In this document: positions 16,794 to 25,567 of the stretch, piece after piece
How positions within the stretch are numbered: position 1 is the stretch's first letter
Layout: each line of letters opens with the position of its first letter
Position numbers and translations under genes: made by a program
Source of the DNA: Vibrio cholerae ATCC 14035
Lineage (GTDB): Bacteria > Pseudomonadota > Gammaproteobacteria > Enterobacterales > Vibrionaceae
NCBI RefSeq assembly: GCF_000621645.1
Contig: NZ_JHXR01000002.1
Span: 300,001-332,000, forward strand
Length of the DNA stretch: 32,000 nucleotides
Reading direction: 5' to 3'
The notes under the pieces: generated by a model
Seen by the model: the letters and a program-made list of their open reading frames with translations, nothing else
Told to the model about the DNA's origin: nothing
Databases searched by the model: none

Positions 16794-18323
16794 ATGAAAA
16801 AAAGGTTGTTCGGTTTGATTTTAGCGCTAGGAGGTGCAGGGATTTGGTTGACGAAAACGGAGCCTGCACCGAGTTCGCTGGAGATTTCAGGCCCCTTTGA
16901 GTTTAACAGCCAAGATTTAGCCAAGGACGGATTCCTGTTTTCGCGTCTACAAGTGGTTGAATCCTTGGTTGGCATCAATGAGAACTCACAACCATACCCT
17001 TTGCTGGCAAAAAGCTGGACGGTAAGTGATGATGGATTAGTGTGGCGTTTCCAAATACGTCCTGAAGTACAATTTCACGATGGCAGCCAATTGACGGCAC
17101 AAGCGGCGGCGACGGCTCTTAATCATGCGCTAGGTAAGCCGGGAGTAATAAAACAAGTACCGATCAAGGCGATTACCGCGCAAAACGATCAAGTGGTGAT
17201 TGAACTTAACACTGTCTATCGCCCGCTCGCAGCGGTGCTTGCTCACTACTCGCTCGCGATTGCCTCCCCCAGCTCTTATGATGCCAGTGGTAACGTGATT
17301 CGGCTCTTAGGCACGGGGCCTTATCAAATCGCACAGTTGCAAGCGCCTCATAAAGCCAGTGTTATCCGCTTTAACGCTTATTGGGGTAAACCCGCCAGTA
17401 TCGAAACCATCAATTATCTGGCAGGCCATCGCTCAGAAAGCCGCGCTTTGTTAGCACAAACTGGGCAAGCCGATCTGGTCTACACCCTTGACCCTATTAG
17501 CATTCCGAGTTTACAACAGAGCCACAATCTGGATCTCTACATTGAGTCGATGCCGCGTACAGTTCTGATCAAACTCAATAACGAACACCCTTTGCTTAAT
17601 CACGCCGATGTTCGTCAAGCAATCAGTTTGGCAATCAATCGTGAAGGTATTGCTCAATCGGTACTTAAGTTACCGGGATCAGAAGCGCATCAACTCTTTT
17701 CTCCCGCACTCGGAGCTTGGCACTTAGCAGACAAAACACAGCCGCAGCGTCATTTAGCGACCGCGCAAACCCTGCTAGCCAATCAAGGCTGGACGCTCAA
17801 TGACCAAGGTTTACTGGAGCGAGAAGGCCAAGCGTTCCGAGTTCAATTGCTGACTTATGCTGATCGCCCTGAACTACCTTTGATCGCCACCGCGCTACAA
17901 GCCCAGCTCAAAGAGATTGGTATTCAAGTGGATATTGCGATCGATAACTCAAGTGCCATCCCCGCCAAACATCATGATGGCACCCTAGAAATGGCCTTGA
18001 TTGCCCGCAACTTCGGTACTATTGCCGATCCTCTGCCACTGCTTTTGAGTGATTTTGCAACGCATCAAGGATCGGATTGGGGCCCAACCAATTGGTCATC
18101 ACCTCAGTTTAGCCAACTGCTGGCTGAGCTTTCGACCGAATCAGACAATGCGCGTTATCAGCAATTGGCCGCCCAAGCCTCTCAATTACTGGCCGATGAG
18201 ATGCCGCTCATCCCTGTGACTTATTACCGCCAGATTGTGTCGGTCAATAAACGAGTCGCTGGATTTTCGTTTGATCCCTTTGAAATTAACTACCGCGTCG
18301 CGCAGATGAGTTTCAATGACTAA
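16794..18323 (+). CDS. ABC transporter substrate-binding protein, family 5 (NikA/DppA/OppA-like)
   Basis: 509 aa from the ATG at 16794 (MKKRLFGLILALGGAG signal/anchor), with AAGGA 8 nt upstream. SBP_bac_5-type sequence throughout (LAKSWTVSDDGLVWRFQIRPEVQFHDG...). Confidence 0.85.
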   Translation: MKKRLFGLILALGGAGIWLTKTEPAPSSLEISGPFEFNSQDLAKDGFLFSRLQVVESLVGINENSQPYPLLAKSWTVSDDGLVWRFQIRPEVQFHDGSQLTAQAAATALNHALGKPGVIKQVPIKAITAQNDQVVIELNTVYRPLAAVLAHYSLAIASPSSYDASGNVIRLLGTGPYQIAQLQAPHKASVIRFNAYWGKPASIETINYLAGHRSESRALLAQTGQADLVYTLDPISIPSLQQSHNLDLYIESMPRTVLIKLNNEHPLLNHADVRQAISLAINREGIAQSVLKLPGSEAHQLFSPALGAWHLADKTQPQRHLATAQTLLANQGWTLNDQGLLEREGQAFRVQLLTYADRPELPLIATALQAQLKEIGIQVDIAIDNSSAIPAKHHDGTLEMALIARNFGTIADPLPLLLSDFATHQGSDWGPTNWSSPQFSQLLAELSTESDNARYQQLAAQASQLLADEMPLIPVTYYRQIVSVNKRVAGFSFDPFEINYRVAQMSFND

Positions 18324-19272
18324 GATTCTTGTTCACCGTTTTTACCAGGCCCTCTTTGTGGCCTGGTCCGTCGGCACACTGACCTTTATTTTGATGCGCT
18401 TTATTCCGGGTGATGTGGCTTATCGCATTGCAGCAGGTCGCTATGGCTATGATTATGTCAATGCCGACGCCGCACTTGCAGTGCGTGCTGAGCTAGGGCT
18501 GGATCGCTCCGCTTTTGAGCTTTACTTGCAATGGCTATGGGATTTACTGCATCTTAATTTAGGCCATTCTCTGGTCAGCAGTGAACCCGTCATTCATGCG
18601 ATTATGCATAATCTCGGACACAGCCTTTTACTTGCAGGCGCTGCAACACTGCTCTCGCTGTTTATCGCGATCCCAATTGGGGTCTATTGCGGTAAACGTA
18701 CCGATCGGTGGGCAGATAACCTTGCCCTGCTCACCTCAATCATGATTAAAGCGCAGCCAGTATTTTTGATTGGTCTGGGGCTTGTCATCCTGTTTGCTTT
18801 ACAACTGAATTGGTTGCCTGTTGCTGGATTTGGTCATCCCAAATTCCTTATTCTGCCTGCGCTGGCTTTAGCGCTGGGTATGGCAGCGATGTCGAGTCGC
18901 ATGATCCGTAATGCCACTGCTCAAGTGTTGCAATCCCCCTATTACGCTTTCGCGCGTTTGAAAGGTTTGAATCACGAGCAAGCCTTTACGCGCCACGCAC
19001 AGCGTAATATCGCCCTTCCTGTTATGGCGTTTGTCGGCATTCAGGCGGTGAGCTTAGTAGAAGGGATAGTGATGATTGAATCGCTGTTCTCTTGGCCCGG
19101 TGTGGGACATGCCTTGTCACATGCGATTTTCCAACGCGATATTCCAATGATCCAAGGCTCTGCACTGGTGATGGGATTATTGTTTGTCGCGCTCAATACG
19201 CTGGTCGACTTAGTCCAATACGCATTAGACCCTCGCCTACGTTTAAGCCGACATGTTCAACCAGAGGCCTAA
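18316..19272 (+). CDS. ABC transporter permease (DppB/NikB-like)
   Basis: 318 aa polytopic protein. EAA-type loop region: YYAFARLKGLNHEQAFTRHAQRNIALPV. The start overlaps the SBP gene's 3' end by 8 nt. Confidence 0.85.
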   Translation: MTKILVHRFYQALFVAWSVGTLTFILMRFIPGDVAYRIAAGRYGYDYVNADAALAVRAELGLDRSAFELYLQWLWDLLHLNLGHSLVSSEPVIHAIMHNLGHSLLLAGAATLLSLFIAIPIGVYCGKRTDRWADNLALLTSIMIKAQPVFLIGLGLVILFALQLNWLPVAGFGHPKFLILPALALALGMAAMSSRMIRNATAQVLQSPYYAFARLKGLNHEQAFTRHAQRNIALPVMAFVGIQAVSLVEGIVMIESLFSWPGVGHALSHAIFQRDIPMIQGSALVMGLLFVALNTLVDLVQYALDPRLRLSRHVQPEA

Positions 19273-19273
19273 C

Positions 19274-20065
19274 ATGAAACTGCACTTATCGAAACCACAA
19301 TGGCTTGGGGTGAGCCTGCTGATTTTGCTCGTGATGCTCGTGCTGATCGAACATCTGCTGTATGGCGGCGATCCGGCCAAACAAGATCTCAATCGCGCTT
19401 TAGCCGCCCCCAGTTGGGGTGAACCGCTGGGTACCGATCACTATGGGCGCAGTAACTTCGCACGTTTAAGCTCTGCAATTGCGACCTCGTTAACCATGGC
19501 CGTCGCTTGCGTAAGCAGTTCCGCGTTACTGGGGTTAGTCACTGGCGTGGTCGCAGCATGGAAACGCGGTTGGTGGGATAGAGGCTTTTCTTGGCTACTC
19601 AACATGTTGCTGGCCATGCCCGGTTTAATCTTGGTGTTACTGTTTGGCGCTATGGTACCGGGCTCTTTTTTCATCCTCTATCTCGCTATTGCCTTAATGT
19701 TATGGGTGGAATTTTTCCGCGTAGTGCGCAGCAAAACCCTCTCATTACTTGAACAGCCACAAATTGAAGCCTCACGATTGTATGGCTTCAATGCTTGGTA
19801 TCTATTTCGCCGACATCTTTGGCCTGAGCTAAGGGAAGATCTCTTCACGCTGGCCTGTTTTGGTGCGGGTAACGCGATTTTAGCGCTCGCCTCCATCGGC
19901 TTTCTTTATGTTGGACTTAAGCCACCCCAAGCGGAATTAGGCATGATGATGGTGGAGCTCTTTCGCTACTATCACCAAGCCCTTTGGGTACTCGCCCAAC
20001 CCATCTTAGTGGTATTTATTTTAGTGTTAAGTTTTCAAATGCTGGCCAAAGGAAAAATATCGTGA
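19274..20065 (+). CDS. ABC transporter permease (DppC/NikC-like)
   Basis: 263 aa from the ATG at 19274 (MKLHLSKPQW...), 1 nt after the upstream stop, with AGAGG 5 nt upstream. Polytopic; loop IEASRLYGFNAWYLFRRHLWPEL. Confidence 0.8.
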   Translation: MKLHLSKPQWLGVSLLILLVMLVLIEHLLYGGDPAKQDLNRALAAPSWGEPLGTDHYGRSNFARLSSAIATSLTMAVACVSSSALLGLVTGVVAAWKRGWWDRGFSWLLNMLLAMPGLILVLLFGAMVPGSFFILYLAIALMLWVEFFRVVRSKTLSLLEQPQIEASRLYGFNAWYLFRRHLWPELREDLFTLACFGAGNAILALASIGFLYVGLKPPQAELGMMMVELFRYYHQALWVLAQPILVVFILVLSFQMLAKGKIS

Positions 20066-21444
20066 CCGCGCTCCTCTCTGTACAACAACTCGCGATTTCT
20101 ACTGCGCAAGAAACCTTAGTTGAAAGCTTGTCCTTTGAACTGCATGCTCACCAAGCGCTGACGATATTAGGTGAAACGGGATCAGGCAAAAGCTTGTTGG
20201 CGAACGCGATTATTGGCAATTTGCCCGCTGGGCTGCGTAGCCAAGGTAAGATTGCGTTATTTGGCCAATATCAACATCAGCGAACTCAAGCAGAACGTGA
20301 AGCGCTATGGGGAAAACAACTTGCCGTCTTGCCCCAAGAGCCTTGGCATGCACTCAACCCAATCATGCGCGCGGGCGAACAAGTGGCGGAGGTGCATCGC
20401 TTGGTGATGGGCAATCACGCCGCTAGCGCAGCATTAACCGACTCCGCTTTTCAGCAAGTGGCACTTCATCAGGATCTGAGCAAGTACCCACATCAGCTCT
20501 CTGGCGGCATGGCGCAACGCGTCGCCTATTTGTGTGCCACCCAAACGCAGGCACCTTTGCTTATCGCCGATGAACCAACCAAAGGTTTAGATGCCAGCCG
20601 CCGCGATCAAATCATTGCCTTATTGCAAGCACAATTAACTCGTGGTGCGTTGTTAACCATCACTCACGATATCGAAGTTGCCGAAAAGCTCGGTGGAACC
20701 ATCATTGTGATGCGCAAAGGTGTTATTCAAGAGCAAGGGCCAGCCCAACAAGTGCTGAGTCATCCTCAATCAGATTACACCAAGGCGCTGATTAACGCTG
20801 ACCCCAGATATTGGCCAACCACACCGCAGAGTAAAACAGGAGAGCCCCTGTTGACCGTGGACAATATCGCCATGCATCGCGGGGAGAAGTGCTTGTTTGA
20901 TTCGCTGAGTTTCACCCTCAGCGCCGGAGAAATTCTTGGCATCAGTGGTGATAGCGGCTGCGGGAAATCTACTCTTGCCGATCTATTACTCGGGTTACTT
21001 AAACCCAGCCAAGGCCGTATTCATCGCCTACAAGCGATCCCTCTCGGTAAGGCACTGAAACTCTATCAAGATCCGCCTAGCGCCTTGGCGAAAAGCGTCA
21101 CTTTACAGACACTATTGGAAGATGTGTGTCGTCAGCATTCGGTCGAACGCAGCCAAATTCCTCGTTTACTGGAACGCCTCGCTTTGTCACCCAACTTACT
21201 GTCACGCAAAGCCAATCAAGTTTCAGGCGGAGAATTACAACGTTTTGCGATTCTGCGCGCTTTACTGACGCGGCCAACACTCTTAGTCGCCGATGAGCCC
21301 ACCTCGAGACTTGACCCCATCACGGCAGCCAGTACCTTGCAGTTAATCATCGAGTTAACTCAAGAGATCGGCTGCGCTTTGGTCTTGATCAGTCACGACA
21401 AGCTCGCCCTTGAGAAAACCTGCCATCGTGTACTCTCTTTGTAA
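20062..21444 (+). CDS. Fused double ATP-binding-cassette protein (DppD-DppF-like, two NBDs in one chain)
   Basis: The GTG at 20062 overlaps the permease stop (GTGA). NBD1: GETGSGKS, LSGGMAQR, LLIADEPT, ITHD. NBD2: GDSGCGKST, VSGGELQR, LLVADEPTS, ISHD. About 460 aa. Confidence 0.85.
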   Translation: MTALLSVQQLAISTAQETLVESLSFELHAHQALTILGETGSGKSLLANAIIGNLPAGLRSQGKIALFGQYQHQRTQAEREALWGKQLAVLPQEPWHALNPIMRAGEQVAEVHRLVMGNHAASAALTDSAFQQVALHQDLSKYPHQLSGGMAQRVAYLCATQTQAPLLIADEPTKGLDASRRDQIIALLQAQLTRGALLTITHDIEVAEKLGGTIIVMRKGVIQEQGPAQQVLSHPQSDYTKALINADPRYWPTTPQSKTGEPLLTVDNIAMHRGEKCLFDSLSFTLSAGEILGISGDSGCGKSTLADLLLGLLKPSQGRIHRLQAIPLGKALKLYQDPPSALAKSVTLQTLLEDVCRQHSVERSQIPRLLERLALSPNLLSRKANQVSGGELQRFAILRALLTRPTLLVADEPTSRLDPITAASTLQLIIELTQEIGCALVLISHDKLALEKTCHRVLSL

Positions 21445-21457
21445 GACGAGTCTTGTC

Positions 21458-21495
21458 ATTCATGGGGCCGAATGGCCTCATGAATTCGTTTGTTT
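21458..21495 (+). terminator. Rho-independent terminator of the ABC importer operon
   Basis: 12-bp stem ATTCATGGGGCC / GGCCTCATGAAT (one G-U pair) with loop gaat, followed by the T-rich tcgtttgttt. It begins 14 nt after the stop. Confidence 0.8.
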
Positions 21496-21502
21496 CACCC
21501 TC

Positions 21503-21517
21503 GTTTACAGTGTAAAT
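21503..21517. other. parS2: parS2-type centromere site
   Basis: GTTTACA-G-TGTAAAT. The 13-mer core TTTACANTGTAAA is perfect. Intergenic, just after the ABC operon terminator. Confidence 0.7.
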
Positions 21518-21640
21518 ACGATTACCCCAAGCAACTTAAAGTGGCTGATAAGCAGCAAATAGGAAGGGATACACAGTCAATGGTGCAGGTAAACCGATAA
21601 TCCACATGGATTAACCCTTTGGTTTATCTCATACCGTTTT

Positions 21641-21657
21641 CTTAAGCGAGTATTAAG
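21641..21657. promoter_or_regulatory. PmrA/BasR-box-like direct repeat in the eptA promoter
   Basis: CTTAAG-cgagt-ATTAAG. On the opposite strand it reads CTTAAT-N5-CTTAAG, a perfect YTTAAK-N5-YTTAAK. TATAAA lies 10 nt downstream, and 50 nt separate the box from the ATG at 21708. Confidence 0.55.
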
Positions 21658-21707
21658 AAACCCCATTTATAAATGGCTTAACGTTCACAGAATTTAGCGT
21701 GGTCATC

Positions 21708-23350
21708 ATGCCGACATTCAACATTAAGCCATTCTCCTATCTCCAATTAGTCTTTTTGCTGGCAGCCTATTTTGCGCTGCCACTCAATCTTCCGGTTTAC
21801 GCTCAATTAGCGCATATTTTCAACCAATCTACGTCCCTTGATTGGGGATTCGCCCTCTCTATTCCGTTATTTTTCCTGTTTGCACTGAATTTTATCTTCC
21901 AGATTTTCAGTTGGCCTTACTTGTTCAAGCCTTTTTTGCTGTGTTACTTGTGCTGTCGGCCTTAATCAGCTTCGCTGGCTTTCAATACGGTGTGATTGTC
22001 GATCAAGATATGTTAGTGAATGTGTTGGAAACCGACCGCGGCGAAGCGGGATCTTATCTCACAATCTACTCTGTACTTTGGTTGCTCGGGTTTGGCCTCG
22101 TGCCTGCGCTAGCTCTGCTTTTTACCCCAATCCGCCCAGAAAAAAGTGCCCTGCGTTTTTTGATGAAAAAGGGGCTATCCATGCTGGTTTCCGTTGTCGT
22201 GATTGGCGTGATCGCTGGGCTTTATTATCAGAATTACTCGTCCGTTGGACGCAACAACAGCTCACTCAAAAAAATGATCATCCCGACCCATTTTCTCTAC
22301 AGCAGTTTTGGGTTAGTCAAACAGCGCTATTTCACGGAACCAATGGTGTATCAGGAGATCGGTCAGGATGCGCAGCAAAAGCCAAGCGCCGTTCGTCAGG
22401 CAACCCAAAAGCCGACCTTAGTGTTTTTTGTGTTAGGTGAAACTGCACGAGTACAAAACTACCAATACTTGGGTTATCCGCGTGATACCAATGCTTATAC
22501 CGCCCCTTTCCAGCCGATCTTTTTTAAAGATGTGGCGAGTTGCGGTACAGCAACCGCCGTTTCAGTGCCTTGTATGTTCTCCAACATGAATCGCCAAAAT
22601 TTTGATCGCTCTCGGGCGGACAACCAAGACAATGTGCTGGATATTCTGCAGCGTGCGGGCATCAGTCTGCTCTGGAAGGAAAATGACGGTGGCGATAAAA
22701 ATGTCGCGAAGAATATCCCGCTTAAAGAGTTAGCTAGAGATAACCGAGAAGGGATTTGCGATGGCGACACCTGTTACGACATTGCGATGTTAGAGAATTT
22801 AGATCAGGAGATCGCCACGCAGCAGGGCAACCGAATGATTTTCATGCATTTCATCGGTAGCCACGGCCCCACTTACTTTAAACGTTACCCAAAAGAGATG
22901 GCAGTTTACCAGCCTGACTGCCCAAGAGCAGATATTGAAAACTGTAGCGTCGAGCAGATCGTAAACACGTATGACAACACCATTCGCTACAGCGACTATG
23001 TGATGTCGCAGCTCCTCGCTAAGCTCGATTCACTGCAAGACCGATATAATACCGCGCTGATTTATATCTCCGATCATGGTGAATCATTAGGTGAAAATGG
23101 CCTGTTTTTGCATGGTATGCCCTATAGCCTAGCGCCTGAGTACCAGACTCGAGTCCCTCTCCTTATCTGGATGTCCTCTGGGTTTAGCCAAAGTAAAGGG
23201 ATTGATGTTGAATGCCTGCGCAGCAACAGTGAATTACCTTATGCGCACCAGAATCTGTTTCACTCACTGCTCGGCGTGATGGATGTATCAACCAAAGCGT
23301 ACCAAGCCAATTTGGATCTGTTTGCGAAGTGTAGAACCAGCCAATCTTAG
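21708..23350 (+). pseudogene. eptA: Lipid A phosphoethanolamine transferase EptA/PmrC family, reading frame broken in a T6 run (21932-21937)
   Basis: The N-terminal TM region (21699/21708..21965) and the remainder (from about 21929 to 23350) are in different frames. Joining them at the T run gives ...SWPYLFKPFFAVLLVLSAL..., colinear with E. coli EptA. Span 1643 nt; adding one T gives 547 codons. Sulfatase-fold motifs: SCGTATAVSVPCMFS (Thr nucleophile), HFIGSHGPTY, YDNTIRYSDY, ISDHGESLGENG. Confidence 0.8.
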
Positions 23351-23396
23351 CCATACCCAAACAACTTAGCCTTAGGTAGCGGGCAAATGAGTGCAT

Positions 23397-23430
23397 CCCC
23401 AAGAGCATAGGCAAGCTCTATGGCTTGGGG
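23397..23430. terminator. Strong hairpin between the convergent eptA and sensor-kinase genes (no U tract)
   Basis: CCCCAAG-ag-CATAG-gcaagct-CTATG-g-CTTGGGG: 7+5 bp stems, a small internal loop and a 7-nt loop. No T run on either strand, so its function as an intrinsic terminator is uncertain. Confidence 0.35.
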
Positions 23431-23501
23431 TAAACGAACGTAGCCAACACCGCGACAACGTTAAGCAGGAAGGGGATAAAGCCACATGATAAGTTAGGAC
23501 G

Positions 23502-24917
23502 TTATTCGCAATTGCGAAAACGAACAACAAAGGTATTACGCTCATCAGTACGTGGCAGCAAGAGCACTTGACCGCCATGAAGCGCTGCAATATCACGACA
23601 GATCGACATGCCAAGCCCTGCGCCATCGCCTTTTTGGCTGTTGGCACGGTAGAAGTTATCAAACATTTTTTCACGAGTCAGATCGTCAATCGCGGCCCCA
23701 GTATCCGACACACGCACTTCAATCTCACCATCGTGGTCGCTAAGCTCTACCGCTATCTGGCTAGAGTGGCCGGAATAACGAATGGCATTATCCAGCAGAT
23801 TTTTAAATAAAATGCCCAGGAGTAACTCATCTCCCCATAAACGCGAACTTTCGCCATGAAAACTCAGCTGCTGATCCTGCTTAAAAGCGATAGGTGCTAA
23901 ATCCGCTATCACTTGTTTAATGACGTTTGCCAGCTCAACCGGCTGTTTCCTTAAGGTTTGTGTACTTTCTACTTTGGCCAGCATTAAGAGCTGATGAATC
24001 AATCTATCGGTGCGCTCTATACCTTTGAAAATACGTTCTAAATCTTGCTTTAACTGTTCCTGATTGGTGCTACGCAGGGCATTTTCGGCATTCACTCTTA
24101 AAACGGTCAGCGGGGTTTTTAACTCATGTGCCGCCATTCGAGTAAAACGTTTCTCACGCTGCCATGCTTGCTCTAGCTCATTGAGCAGTTGATTCAACGT
24201 CTCCACCAAAGGCAAAAGTTCCACCGTAGGTTTTTCGACATAAATTCGATCTAGCTTATGGATGCTGCGCAGAGCAATCGCTGCTTTCAGCGCTTGGATT
24301 GGCTGAAAGCTACGTTCAATCAGCACCACCAAAACCACAATCAAGCACAGAATTAAAATTAATTGCGGAAGTGCGGTGGATAAGGCGATCTCATTAATCG
24401 CTTCATCACGAATGCTTTGCTTTTCTGCAACCAAAACATACTGTTTACCCTTTTCTTGATCAGGGAGACTCAACTGGAAATAACGCCAGCTTTCGCCGTT
24501 GAGCGTGATATCACTAAAACCATTCGCATCACGGCCAAGACTCAGCGCAGGCAAATGAGTATCAGAGCTAAAGAGAAGATCGCCCTCTCGATAAAACTGG
24601 AATAATAAATACTGTTCATACGGGTGGCCAAAGAGCGTGGCGACATCATCGTTGGCTTTGGAAAGGCGCTGAATATGCTGCATCCACAGATTGAACTGCT
24701 CATGCTGATTACGATCTGCAAATTCATTGGCCGAAACAGAAGTGGCGATCAGTAATAATTTGGCGGACTGCCCAAGACGGGCATCGTACACTTCTCCCAC
24801 TTCATGTTGGGCGTTGGAATAACTGAACCCAAACGAGACCAGCATCAAACCGGTACTCAGCAAAACAGAAGTCAGGGTAAGTCGGCGTTTAATGGAAAAG
24901 AGAGGTTTATTTTTCAA
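23502..24917 (-). CDS. Sensor histidine kinase, BasS/PmrB/QseC family
   Basis: 471 aa: TM1, a ~150-aa periplasmic domain, TM2, HAMP. H box MAAHELKTPLT, N box LLDNAIRYS, G1 DTGAAID, G2 GAGLGMSICRDIA. The only available start is the TTG at 24917, overlapping the regulator gene by 11 nt. Confidence 0.85.
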   Translation of the reverse strand: MKNKPLFSIKRRLTLTSVLLSTGLMLVSFGFSYSNAQHEVGEVYDARLGQSAKLLLIATSVSANEFADRNQHEQFNLWMQHIQRLSKANDDVATLFGHPYEQYLLFQFYREGDLLFSSDTHLPALSLGRDANGFSDITLNGESWRYFQLSLPDQEKGKQYVLVAEKQSIRDEAINEIALSTALPQLILILCLIVVLVVLIERSFQPIQALKAAIALRSIHKLDRIYVEKPTVELLPLVETLNQLLNELEQAWQREKRFTRMAAHELKTPLTVLRVNAENALRSTNQEQLKQDLERIFKGIERTDRLIHQLLMLAKVESTQTLRKQPVELANVIKQVIADLAPIAFKQDQQLSFHGESSRLWGDELLLGILFKNLLDNAIRYSGHSSQIAVELSDHDGEIEVRVSDTGAAIDDLTREKMFDNFYRANSQKGDGAGLGMSICRDIAALHGGQVLLLPRTDERNTFVVRFRNCE

Positions 24918-25563
24918 TCATGTACCCCACACCTCGTACATTTTTAACCAGATTATCCGGCAATTTTTTGCGCAGATTATGAATATGTACTTCGATTGCG
25001 TTATCACTGCTGCCTTCATCCCAGCCGTGCAGTGCTTGCTGCAAAAGCTCTTTACTCATCACTCTTCCCGCTTGGGTCATCAAACTGGCGAGGATTTTGT
25101 ACTCATTTCGCGTTAATTTCAGAGCTTGCTGAGCGTAGTAGATTTCTTGTTTAGAGAGCGAAAGGTCAAGTTCCCCAACGGAGATGAGCTCCTCTGCGCT
25201 CCCTGAGCTACGACGAATGATCAAGCGTAAACGTGCGAGCAGCTCTTCGAGCGCAAACGGCTTACCTATGTACTCATCTGCACCGCCATCCAACCCTTTG
25301 ACCCGATCACTGATATCATCCCGTGCCGTGAGTATCATGACAGGCAATGTATAACCCGCTCGCCGAATTTGGCGCAGGACTTCCAAGCCATCCATATCTG
25401 GCAAGGTGAGGTCCAAAATCAGTGCCGTAAATTGCTCGGTTTTCAGGGCGGTCACGACGCCACCACCCCGCTCCAGCCAGTCAACCGTATAGCCTTGTCG
25501 GCTTAACGCTACTTGCATTGATTCACCGAGCAACGTGTCATCTTCAACTAATAGTAAACGCAT
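24907..25563 (-). CDS. OmpR-family response regulator, BasR/PmrA/QseB subfamily
   Basis: 218 aa from the ATG at 25563 (MRLLLVEDDTLLGESM...); the ORF-track start at 25740 runs into the upstream gene. Close to E. coli BasR motif by motif: LDLTLPDMDGL, YTLPVMILTARD, GLDGGADEYIGKPFALEEL, EVHIHNLRKK, VRGVGYM. Confidence 0.9.
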   Translation of the reverse strand: MRLLLVEDDTLLGESMQVALSRQGYTVDWLERGGGVVTALKTEQFTALILDLTLPDMDGLEVLRQIRRAGYTLPVMILTARDDISDRVKGLDGGADEYIGKPFALEELLARLRLIIRRSSGSAEELISVGELDLSLSKQEIYYAQQALKLTRNEYKILASLMTQAGRVMSKELLQQALHGWDEGSSDNAIEVHIHNLRKKLPDNLVKNVRGVGYMIEK

Positions 25564-25567
25564 AAGG

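Noticed and set aside
21842-21931. 5' extension of the 502-aa ORF (TTG at 21842) as an independent start for eptA
   Set aside because: The translated extension (MGIRPLYSVIFPVCTEFYLPDFQ...) does not resemble EptA N-termini. The other frame (21708-21937) gives the expected TM helices, so the two ORFs are one gene with a frameshift.
21932-21938. Programmed -1 ribosomal frameshifting at T_TTT_TTG as the way eptA is normally expressed
   Set aside because: The heptamer has slippery form. However, I see no convincing stimulatory hairpin or pseudoknot 5-9 nt downstream, the A-site re-pairing UUG->UUU is poor, and eptA homologues are normally single-frame genes. An indel or sequencing error is the simpler explanation; it is kept only as an alternative in the frameshift finding.
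23184-23674. ORFs 23184..23414(-) and 23372..23674(-) in and around the eptA / kinase convergent gap
   Set aside because: They overlap the 3' ends of eptA and the kinase gene in other frames, are Cys/Leu-rich, and have no SD. The gap is better explained by the hairpin at 23397-23430.
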